Part shown: positions 15,149 through 23,487 of the stretch, in pieces
Layout of the letters: every line of letters starts with the position of its first letter
Position numbering within the stretch: position 1 is the first letter of the stretch
The notes under the pieces: model-generated
Seen by the model: the letters and a program-made list of their open reading frames with translations, nothing else
Databases searched by the model: none
What the model was told of the DNA's origin: nothing
Made by a program: the position numbers and the translations under genes
Origin: Candidatus Nanohalarchaeota archaeon
Lineage (GTDB): Archaea; EX4484-52
Length of the DNA stretch: 34,029 nucleotides
Direction: 5' to 3'
Assembly: GCA_030632385.1 (NCBI GenBank)
Contig: DAOVUW010000001.1
Span: 1 to 34,029, forward strand

Positions 15149-17428
15149 TTATTCCAAATATTTTATATGCAATAAATCTTTTTCTTCAAGACATAGTTTT
15201 TCATACATGCATGCAAATATTCCTTCCAAGAAACCAAGAAGAAGAATCTCTCCTTTAAATTCTGATGGGTATCTGTAATTTTTTCCGCTGCTGAACTGCT
15301 TTTCAAACCATGATATTTTTTCAGTATAACTTTCTTCTTTGTCCTGGACATAGATGCCTGTTGCTTTTTTGCTGTTTATCAATTCCTGCACCAACGTCTT
15401 TTTGCCCGAGAGGAAAAAATACGGAACAATGCCTATGTCATTCAAAACCTGCGTTGCATAATGAGTCTCTTTGATTCTGCCGGACAAAGACAAAATGACG
15501 GCGACATCTTTTTCATCTATCCTCTTTACGACTGATGAGCCTATGATCATTATCTTTGTGCCGGAAATCTGATATAGCCTTGAAGCAAATAATTTGGCTA
15601 TCGTGTGCATCCTGCCGTATGCCTGCAATACAATTTTTGAAGATTTTCTTGTCTCTAAGATGGCATCAATAAGCGTCTCTATTTTTTCATACTGGTCATG
15701 GATTATTTCTTTTTGCCTGAGAAGTTCATCAGAGATATCGAGTATGTATTTTTTCATATAAGATGGTTTTTTACCCACCATATAAGCTTCCACCAAACTG
15801 GTCAAAACTACAAGAACTGAAAATTCCGAAATAGTGCCCAATGGGGTCCTTTTGGAAATCAAATCCTTTTCTTTGCTTTTGAAATCATCCTTTGTCCTCC
15901 CTTTTATGACAAGCAATGTGTCTTTTTCATCCCATGCCTTGCCCTGCGCATTGGTGGTGATTCCGATTATTCTTGCGCCTTTTTCTCTCAAGGTGTTTAC
16001 ATATTCCATGACAGAATAAGTGTTTCCTGAAGAGGAAATCGCAAATAATATGTCTTTTTTTCTTTTTCCAAAATCAACAGCAATGTCCTCATCGCCTGCA
16101 GATATTATCCGCGTATCTGCTATCTTTCCAAGCCATGCGCCTGCATATCTTGCCACAAGCCCCGAGCGACCGGCACCGGTTAAAACAATTCTTGAATCTT
16201 TGTCTATTGAATCTAATATCTGCGCAATAATATTTTCATCTATATTCTCCGCCACTTCTTTGAGCTGAGAGGATAGAATTTCCAGCACATCTTCTATCAC
16301 AGAACCCATATCATCTGTAATTTTTTCTTTTATTTTTTTTATTGCTTCAGCAGGATTTTCTGATTTGGCAATTTCACTGCCTACAATGACTATTCCTACT
16401 CCTGCTTTAGAGATATTATATGCACTCTGCTTATTTACTCCTCCTGCAACTGCTACAGGTATCGACAATTCCTGTGATATTCTTTTTATGCTTTTCGGAG
16501 GAACTATTTTACTGTGCAATAAATCATTTTCTGATTGATAATAGCGAACAAAATCAACTCCTATTTTCTCCAGTTCTTTTGCCCGTTTTATTAATCTCTC
16601 TTCTCCAATGCACTCGCGCAGACCAATCAAATCCGCCATAACTTTTTTTTTGTATTTTTTTGCAACAGATACTGCTTTTTTTATCTCCTCGATATCTGTA
16701 ATTGCGAGTATGCATGCTATATCTGCTCCTGCTGCAAAAGCACTTGAAAATTCTTTTTCTGCATCAGTTATTGTTCTTGTATTGGCAACAATGGTATTGT
16801 GCGGATAAAGTTCTTTAAATTGACTTACAACATCCATTCCTTCTTCTTTTAATTCATACCCTCTAACCACCAGAGCATCTTGAGGAATCGTCCCAATAAT
16901 CACATTCTTTTCATCTTCTCCCTTGGCTTCTTCTCCTGTATATCTTAACATCAAATCTTTATTGATTTGACATACCATACACTTTGAATCCATATATATT
17001 TTGATATTTGCTTCTATGGCAGCGTTAATGCATTCCCTTATTGTTGTCAAAGAGCCCATCTGCGTAATAATTATAATATCTGCTCCGGCATCAATTGCTA
17101 ATTTCATTTCTTCTTTTCCTGCATTTATTGGTTTTAAACTAACAGCTATCAATTTTCCTGGATTGCTTTTTTTTAATTTCTTTACTTTTTTCATTCCTAC
17201 TGCCTTAATCAAAAGCGGTCCAACCTCAATAAAATCACTATCTTCTACAACTAATTCTTTAGCTATTTTCAACGCCTTTTTCTTATCTGTAAAATTTATT
17301 GCTGTCTGCAGAACTGTTTTTCTCTCATTGCGTATAAACTCCATGTTGTGCGCTGGTTTAGACACAACATGAGAAAATCCTGCACTATCTAAAGAAGAAT
17401 CAAATCTGCAGGATTTTTGCTTGTTCAT
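15149..17428 (-). CDS. Fusion: degenerate HPS-like domains (one partial, one near-complete) plus two SIS / 6-phospho-3-hexuloisomerase (PHI) domains
   Basis: HPS-like segments: VLQTAIN, FIEVGPLLIKAVG, AGADII, VMADLIG, IPVAVAGGVN, VIVGSEIAKSENP. SIS-1: IVLTGAGRSGLVA, DILFAISSSGNT, TPLGTISE. SIS-2: AYGRMH, ILSLSGRI. An alternative start is ATG 17344. Confidence 0.85.
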   Translation of the reverse strand: MNKQKSCRFDSSLDSAGFSHVVSKPAHNMEFIRNERKTVLQTAINFTDKKKALKIAKELVVEDSDFIEVGPLLIKAVGMKKVKKLKKSNPGKLIAVSLKPINAGKEEMKLAIDAGADIIIITQMGSLTTIRECINAAIEANIKIYMDSKCMVCQINKDLMLRYTGEEAKGEDEKNVIIGTIPQDALVVRGYELKEEGMDVVSQFKELYPHNTIVANTRTITDAEKEFSSAFAAGADIACILAITDIEEIKKAVSVAKKYKKKVMADLIGLRECIGEERLIKRAKELEKIGVDFVRYYQSENDLLHSKIVPPKSIKRISQELSIPVAVAGGVNKQSAYNISKAGVGIVIVGSEIAKSENPAEAIKKIKEKITDDMGSVIEDVLEILSSQLKEVAENIDENIIAQILDSIDKDSRIVLTGAGRSGLVARYAGAWLGKIADTRIISAGDEDIAVDFGKRKKDILFAISSSGNTYSVMEYVNTLREKGARIIGITTNAQGKAWDEKDTLLVIKGRTKDDFKSKEKDLISKRTPLGTISEFSVLVVLTSLVEAYMVGKKPSYMKKYILDISDELLRQKEIIHDQYEKIETLIDAILETRKSSKIVLQAYGRMHTIAKLFASRLYQISGTKIMIIGSSVVKRIDEKDVAVILSLSGRIKETHYATQVLNDIGIVPYFFLSGKKTLVQELINSKKATGIYVQDKEESYTEKISWFEKQFSSGKNYRYPSEFKGEILLLGFLEGIFACMYEKLCLEEKDLLHIKYLE

Positions 17429-17475
17429 AAGAATTCAAAACAAATGTTTTTTTAAGTATATAGTAATCTTAAATA

Positions 17476-18852
17476 TTAATTTACAATTTTCCCGCCGGAA
17501 ATATTTCTGCAAACAATTTTTGAGTCAAGCTTGCGCAATTTAACATAGTTTTGAATACCTGAAGAGTTTAATACAATGAACTTTTTATTTATTTTTTTTT
17601 CTATTTCTTTTGGAATCGCAATTTGCTTTTTTGCTTTTTGACTGCCTATAGAGTGCAATAAATCAAATGCGTGTGTTATTCTTCTTTTTTCAAAGCACAC
17701 ACAATTGCCTTGTGAAAAATAAACAGACTTGTGTTTTTCAAGGAAATTTTCTATCTTTTGATTACCTGAAAATAAATCTGGCCCTTTTCTGTGGACATAG
17801 AATGACAAAACATCTGTTGAAAAATCAAATCCCATTATGCATAAATTGTTTTTTTCATCAACATCAAAAAAATAATCATTCAGAAAAAAAGCATTTGAGT
17901 GAATGTAATTCTTAAGAGAATTGTTGAATTTTTCAAGTTGAGGAAACAATATATCCTCTACCACAGTAGGTTTTTCAAAACACAAAACATAAATGCATCT
18001 GTTCTTTAACAGAGTCTGCAATGTTTTTTTTGTAGATGTTTTTTTTTCAAAAGCTTTTTCATCAAAATATATCTTGTCTGGATTCTGAAGATACATTCTG
18101 CTGTAATAGCTTGCTTTCAAAAGAGCCTCACTTCCCAATGACGCAGAAACATTTCTGTTATTATCTACAGGATCTAAAAAAATAAAAGGTGAATCAAATT
18201 TTTTTATCAGTTTTTTAACATCTTTAAGCTCAAAAAGAGAAGCAATTCTGTTTTCTCTCAAATTAGATAATTTGGTCAATACCCCTTCAAATGTTTTGTA
18301 TTTCACAATAAGCAATTCGCATAAATATCCGCTGAATCCTTTTGTCTTTAAATCAGAACCATAGCATTTTATTGTTCTTAAAAATTGTTTTAAAAGCAAG
18401 ACTTCTGTTCTCTGGTTTTTTTTTAAATATTTAAGGATGTATTCTGTATGGAACGGAGTCCTGTCAACTGCGGAAATCATCTGGTTGATGGTTTTTAGTC
18501 TATAGCATGGAACAATCTCTATTTTACAATTGCCTATTTTTCCTTTAGTGTAGGGATGAGAAGCATATTCTATTTCAAAACTTCCGCCAAAATGTTTGAA
18601 TGTATTTTCGCCGATATTGAGTGCTTGTTTTTCCATTTCTTCAGAAGTTGTTGTCTTATCGAAAAAAAGAAATATATCTAAATCATTGTTTTTTTTTAAG
18701 AAAGTGTGTTTTGCAACAGAACCCATTAACGCAGACTCTAAATTATATTTTGAGGAAATATACTTCTTTATTTCCAAAAACATATTGTTCATTTCACCCT
18801 CTTCTTTTTGAGAAGGTCTAATCTCTTTTATTACTGTTTCTAAAAAACTCAT
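17476..18852 (-). CDS. cca: CCA-adding enzyme, archaeal class I
   Basis: GSVAKHTFL...DLDIF nucleotidyltransferase motif, YASHPY, IEIVPCY, SAVDRTPFHT, GFSGYLCELL and DPVDNNRNV. Confidence 0.95.
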   Translation of the reverse strand: MSFLETVIKEIRPSQKEEGEMNNMFLEIKKYISSKYNLESALMGSVAKHTFLKKNNDLDIFLFFDKTTTSEEMEKQALNIGENTFKHFGGSFEIEYASHPYTKGKIGNCKIEIVPCYRLKTINQMISAVDRTPFHTEYILKYLKKNQRTEVLLLKQFLRTIKCYGSDLKTKGFSGYLCELLIVKYKTFEGVLTKLSNLRENRIASLFELKDVKKLIKKFDSPFIFLDPVDNNRNVSASLGSEALLKASYYSRMYLQNPDKIYFDEKAFEKKTSTKKTLQTLLKNRCIYVLCFEKPTVVEDILFPQLEKFNNSLKNYIHSNAFFLNDYFFDVDEKNNLCIMGFDFSTDVLSFYVHRKGPDLFSGNQKIENFLEKHKSVYFSQGNCVCFEKRRITHAFDLLHSIGSQKAKKQIAIPKEIEKKINKKFIVLNSSGIQNYVKLRKLDSKIVCRNISGGKIVN

Positions 18853-18966
18853 ATATTTATTGGCAATATATGTTTTTTAAATTTTGTATCTTCGAGAGAA
18901 AAAGTGAAAAGAATTCAAACTTTGATTTAGATAAACTTTTAAATAATGTAATATAATCAATAAAAT

Positions 18967-19915
18967 ATGCGAGTCTATATATCAATCCCCTCGTGGAAAA
19001 ATAAAGATTGGAAAAATAAAAAATTATTAAATTTGTTTAATCAAAAAGTTGACATTGTCATTTGCGATAAAAGACCAACTCAATCAGAATTTGAAAATAT
19101 AATTCGTGAATATGATGGAGCAATTATTGGACAATTCCATTCAATTAATAAAGAAGTATTAAAAAATACAAAGCTAAAATTTGTTGGAACAGTGACTTAA
19201 AGGAACAGACCTTATTGATATCGATGAATGCAAAAAGAAAAATGTTTCTGTTTTCTATACTCCTGAAACAAATATAACTTCTGTTGCTGAACATGTTATG
19301 ACTTTAATTTTATCTTTATCAAAAAATCTAATTAAACTTGACAAAAGTGTTAGAGAAGAACAATTTGATAAATATAAATATTTTACTATCGATATAAAAG
19401 ATAAAACATTAGGAGTTATTGGTGCAGGAGCTATCTCAACAGAAATTATCAAAAGAGCAAATAGTTTTGATATGAAGATAATATGTTATACGCAACATCC
19501 AGAAAAACACAAAAACTTGAAAGTTGAATTTGTTCCTTTGACAGATTTATTGAAAAACTCTGATTTTGTTTCAATTAACATTCCCTTAACCAAAGATACA
19601 GAAAATTTTATTGATATAAAAGAATTATCTCTTATGAAAGAAAGCTCTTTTTTAATAAATGCATCAAGAGGGAAAGTGGTTAATGAAAAAGCATTGATAA
19701 ATGTTTTAAAAAATAATGAACTAGCAGGAGCAGGAATCGATGTTTTTGAAGAATAGCCAACACACAATAAGCAATTATTCTTATTGGATAATGTAATCCT
19801 AACTCCTCATGCTGCAGGATGTTCAAAAGATGCACTCGATAGGATGGAAAAATATGTAATTGAGGATATAATCGCCTTCTTAGAAAATAAACAACCCAAA
19901 TATAGATTAGCATAA
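18967..19915 (+). pseudogene. D-isomer-specific 2-hydroxyacid dehydrogenase (SerA/GyaR-like), disrupted by a +1 frameshift and a nonsense codon
   Basis: An extra T near 19198 breaks VGTVT/KGTDLIDI. The next frame has SVAEH, GVIGAGAIS and INASRG. TAG at 19754-19756 falls in DVFEE*P, and the same frame continues through TPHAAG to TAA 19913-19915. Confidence 0.88.
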
Positions 19916-19932
19916 TAGAAAAAGTCGCCGCC

Positions 19933-19987
19933 CTGCGTTATACTGTACTTTCGGTATTTTTTCTTGCAGAAAAAATACATAACGCAG
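19933..19987. repeat. Inverted-repeat hairpin with a bulge
   Basis: CTGCGTTAT/ATAACGCAG (9 bp) encloses GTATTTTTTCT-tgc-AGAAAAAATAC (11 bp), with a 12-nt one-sided bulge. Confidence 0.7.
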
Positions 19988-20141
19988 ATTGTAAGGAAAA
20001 ATCTTGCATAATTTTGCCTAAATCGCTTCATGACTTCTTATAATCCCATTTATTGATTTGTTTAACATTCCAATTTTGTTTCATTTAACAAATATAAAGT
20101 TTTAAAAGCTATCTTGTTATTAAATAATAACAATAATATAT

Positions 20142-20214
20142 GGGCTTGTAGTTCAGCTGGTAGAACGCTGCCCTTGCAAGGCAGAGGCCACGGGTTCAAA
20201 TCCCGTCGAGTCCA
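20142..20214 (+). tRNA. tRNA-Ala (TGC), CCA not encoded
   Basis: GGGCTTG-TA-GTTCAGCTGGTAGAAC-G-CTGCC-CTTGCAA-GGCAG-AGGCC-ACGGG-TTCAAAT-CCCGT-CGAGTCC-A, with the G3:U70 alanine identity pair. Confidence 0.97.
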
Positions 20215-20248
20215 TAATCCGTATATTGGGTGATATAAAATATATAAT

Positions 20249-21487
20249 ATGTATTTGTACGAATTCCTACTGTTTATCTTCTTTCTTATTCTATCGGCTT
20301 TTTATTCTGCGAGCGAAACTGCTTTTTTATCAATAAATGAATTGCAGGTCAAAAAAATGCTGGAAAAAAAGGAAAAAAACGCAAAAACAATTAACAAACT
20401 AAAGAAAAAATCGCATAAAGTAATTATAGCTATTTTAATAGGAAACAATATTGCAAATGTAAGCCTCTCTGCTATCGCAACTTACGTCGCAACAAGAATG
20501 TTCGGAGCTTCTGGTGTGGGAATAGCGGTGGGGATAATCACATTAATTATATTGATATGTGGAGAAGTCACTCCAAAAATAATGGCAGTTGCAAAAGCAA
20601 AAAAATTCATGAAATATTTTGCAAAACCAATAGAATATAGTTGCTACTTATTTGCTCCTTTAATTTTTATGCTCGAGAATATATCAAAAAACACATCAAG
20701 AATCTTTGGCATAAAACTAGAAAAAGCAAAAGGGCTGACAGAAGAAGAATTAAAGACTGCAGTCATAATTAGTGAAGAAAAGGGAATAATAGACAAACAT
20801 GAAAAAAAATTAATCAATAATTTATTTGATTTTAGCGACACAAAAGTGGATGAAATTCTAACGCCAAAGTCTGAAGTAATTATGATAAACAAAAAAATGA
20901 CTGTGGTCGAGTTTGTGAATTTTATAAAAGAACACAGATATTCAAGATTCCCAATTTATGAAAATAAAGAAGACAATATTGTTGGAATTGTCTATGCAAA
21001 AGACATTTTAGCAAATATTTCAAAAGACATGAAGGGTACAGTAAACGATTTTATAAAAAAACCGTATTTTGTGCACGAAGATAAGGAAATAGGAAGTTTA
21101 ATGGAAGAAATGCGCAAAAGACAACAGCATATGTCTATTGTCGTAAATGAATATGGTGTGGTTGAAGGCATTGTAACACTGGAAGATATACTTGAAGAAA
21201 TTGTCGGCGAAATAGAAGATGAGAAGGATATGAAAAAACACATACTGCCTATAAAAGACAAAGGTCTATTTGTCGATGGATTGACCAAAATCGAAGAATT
21301 AGAGAAATATGGCGTAAAACTCCCGGAAGGCAAGTATAATACAATCAACGGTTATCTGACAAAAAAATTTAAAAAAATCCCCGAAGTAGGAGATAAATTA
21401 AAGCACAAAAAATACGAAATAATTGTCAAAGAAAGACACAGAAATCGCATTTCCAAGATATTTATAAAAATAAAAAAAAATAAGTAA
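20249..21487 (+). CDS. CNNM/CorB-family Mg2+ transport protein (DUF21 + CBS pair + CorC domain)
   Basis: SAFYSASETAF, LIGNNIAN, GEVTPK, YSRFPIYE and GIVTLEDILEEIVGEI. Confidence 0.93.
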   Translation: MYLYEFLLFIFFLILSAFYSASETAFLSINELQVKKMLEKKEKNAKTINKLKKKSHKVIIAILIGNNIANVSLSAIATYVATRMFGASGVGIAVGIITLIILICGEVTPKIMAVAKAKKFMKYFAKPIEYSCYLFAPLIFMLENISKNTSRIFGIKLEKAKGLTEEELKTAVIISEEKGIIDKHEKKLINNLFDFSDTKVDEILTPKSEVIMINKKMTVVEFVNFIKEHRYSRFPIYENKEDNIVGIVYAKDILANISKDMKGTVNDFIKKPYFVHEDKEIGSLMEEMRKRQQHMSIVVNEYGVVEGIVTLEDILEEIVGEIEDEKDMKKHILPIKDKGLFVDGLTKIEELEKYGVKLPEGKYNTINGYLTKKFKKIPEVGDKLKHKKYEIIVKERHRNRISKIFIKIKKNK

Positions 21488-21577
21488 AGTTTTACTGTTG
21501 CAACTATAGATTTTCACGCAAATTTAGATTTTATTGTAATGTATAAAAGTTTAAAAGTATAAAATCTAGTTATTCTT

Positions 21578-22204
21578 ATGAAATTGCGTTTAATTAAACT
21601 AGATTCTCCGAACTCAAATATATATCTTATTGATGAAGATATATTAATAGATACTGGCTGTGGATTTAAGGAAGATAGAGAACTTTTTGAAAGCAAGTTA
21701 AAGAAATGCAAAAGCGGTTTTGATAAAATAAAAGTAATTGTATTGACGCATTGCCATTATGATCATTCCAATGGAACAAGATTTTTTAAAAATGCAAAAA
21801 TATACATTGGATACAATGATGCATTAGCACTTGAAGAAAAAGATGATAAATCAATATGTTCTTCTTATTTTTCTCAAAATTACACAGGACGCTCAGATAT
21901 TCATCTTGCCATTAAAAAAGGAGCGATTCTTCCGTTAAAACCTGATTTCACACTCCACATAATTGAAACACCGGGACATTCAAATGGGAGCATATGTCTG
22001 TATGACAAAAAAAGAAAGACTCTTTTTAGCGGAGATACTTTATTTGACTGCGGACACGGACGGGTCGACTTGCCCGGGGGAAATATAGAAGAAATGAAAA
22101 ATTCTTTGGAAAAACTAAGAAAACTGGATTTCAAGGTCGTCTACCCGGGACATGGAAATGTATTTAGACGAGACCAAAACACATTTAATAATATAATAAT
22201 ATAA
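21578..22204 (+). CDS. Metallo-beta-lactamase-fold hydrolase (glyoxalase II-like)
   Basis: LIDTG, THCHYDH (HxHxDH), TPGHS, FSGDTLF and YPGHG. Confidence 0.92.
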   Translation: MKLRLIKLDSPNSNIYLIDEDILIDTGCGFKEDRELFESKLKKCKSGFDKIKVIVLTHCHYDHSNGTRFFKNAKIYIGYNDALALEEKDDKSICSSYFSQNYTGRSDIHLAIKKGAILPLKPDFTLHIIETPGHSNGSICLYDKKRKTLFSGDTLFDCGHGRVDLPGGNIEEMKNSLEKLRKLDFKVVYPGHGNVFRRDQNTFNNIII

Positions 22205-22209
22205 TTACT

Positions 22210-22788
22210 ATGCTCAAAAAATTATACGAAAAATATCCTTTTTTAAGACGGTATTTCTTAACGCCTTTTGCTTACAACACAAATCCCAATACTATTTCTT
22301 TTATTGCTTTAATCAGTGCATTTATTGCAGGAGGATTATTTTACAACAAATATTATGTTTTTGGTGCCTTATTTGTACTCATAAATGGATATCTTGATTT
22401 ACTTGACGGCGAAGTTGCAAAAAAACACAATAGAGCCAGACCATTGGGTGATTTTCTAGATCATTTTTTTGACAGGATTGCCGACATAATGATAATATTC
22501 CCATTAAGTTTTGCGCCTTTTGTTAATACCAATCTAGTATTTGCTGTAATAGTGCTTATGCTCTTAACATCATATTTGGGTGTTGAATCACAAGCCTTGT
22601 TAAATAAAAGAAATTACAGCGGTATTGGAGGTAGAGCAGAACGCTTAACAATAATATTCTTCACATGCCTTCTTTTTCCATTCTATGATCAAAGCATTGT
22701 AATTGGTTTATACATTATTTCATTTCTGTGCCTGATAACTGTCAGCAAAAGATTCTACGATACATATACAGCACTGGACAAAAAATGA
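22210..22788 (+). CDS. CDP-alcohol phosphatidyltransferase (archaetidylinositol-phosphate synthase-like)
   Basis: NPNTIS, the DLLDGEVAK...GDFLDHFFDRIAD signature and GRAER. Confidence 0.92.
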   Translation: MLKKLYEKYPFLRRYFLTPFAYNTNPNTISFIALISAFIAGGLFYNKYYVFGALFVLINGYLDLLDGEVAKKHNRARPLGDFLDHFFDRIADIMIIFPLSFAPFVNTNLVFAVIVLMLLTSYLGVESQALLNKRNYSGIGGRAERLTIIFFTCLLFPFYDQSIVIGLYIISFLCLITVSKRFYDTYTALDKK

Positions 22789-22805
22789 ACATACTATCCA
22801 AATAA

Positions 22806-23438
22806 CTATTCTTTCTTTCTTTTCAAATATCTTCCTCTGTGTTCTATTTTCTCCAGCCTGTTTTTTACCATAGTTGCATCCCTTTCTTGAGAATTTTTAA
22901 AATAATCTTTTTTGAAATCAGATAAATATTCTCTGAGCTGCGGAAAGGTCGCCTCAAATGATTTTATAAAATTATGGATATCCATTGCTTTTTCTTCTGT
23001 CCTGTGTGTTATTTGACCGAATCCAAAATCTATAAAATAAGGTATTTCTTTGTCATTCTCCAGAGCAACAATAATATTGGATGAGGTTAAATCGCCATGG
23101 ACAATATCGTTCTTGTGCATTTCTGCAATAAAAAAAGCGCATTTCGATAAAATATTTTTTAGTTTATTCGCTTTTTGACTACATTCCTTTATGTATTCAT
23201 CCAGCTTTTTTCCTTCAACAAAATCAATTTTAAGAGTGTATTTGTCTTCAATAATAACCCCAGGCACAGGAATGTTGTTTTTTCTGCACGCATTCAATAA
23301 ATTTGCCTCTTTTTTTGTACGTACCTTTCTTATATGCCTATCCAGCGTCTCTTCGCGGTAATTTTTTCTTATCCGTCTTTTAAAAATATATTTCCTGTCT
23401 TCAGATACAATTATATCTGCTTCAGCTCCGATTTTCAT
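22806..23438 (-). CDS. bud32: KEOPS complex kinase Bud32 (stand-alone)
   Basis: GAEA, RTKKEA, VHGDLTSSN, IDFGFG and terminal RGRY. Confidence 0.93.
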   Translation of the reverse strand: MKIGAEADIIVSEDRKYIFKRRIRKNYREETLDRHIRKVRTKKEANLLNACRKNNIPVPGVIIEDKYTLKIDFVEGKKLDEYIKECSQKANKLKNILSKCAFFIAEMHKNDIVHGDLTSSNIIVALENDKEIPYFIDFGFGQITHRTEEKAMDIHNFIKSFEATFPQLREYLSDFKKDYFKNSQERDATMVKNRLEKIEHRGRYLKRKKE

Positions 23439-23487
23439 AAAATAATATCTTCGATAAGTTTTTTAAGTTCTTTTCTTTATTTAGTGC

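Noticed and set aside
19754..19756. In-frame TAG as pyrrolysine or stop-codon reassignment
   Set aside because: The same gene also has a frameshift, TAG serves as a normal stop elsewhere (6134-6136, 32767-32769), and no pyl genes are visible.
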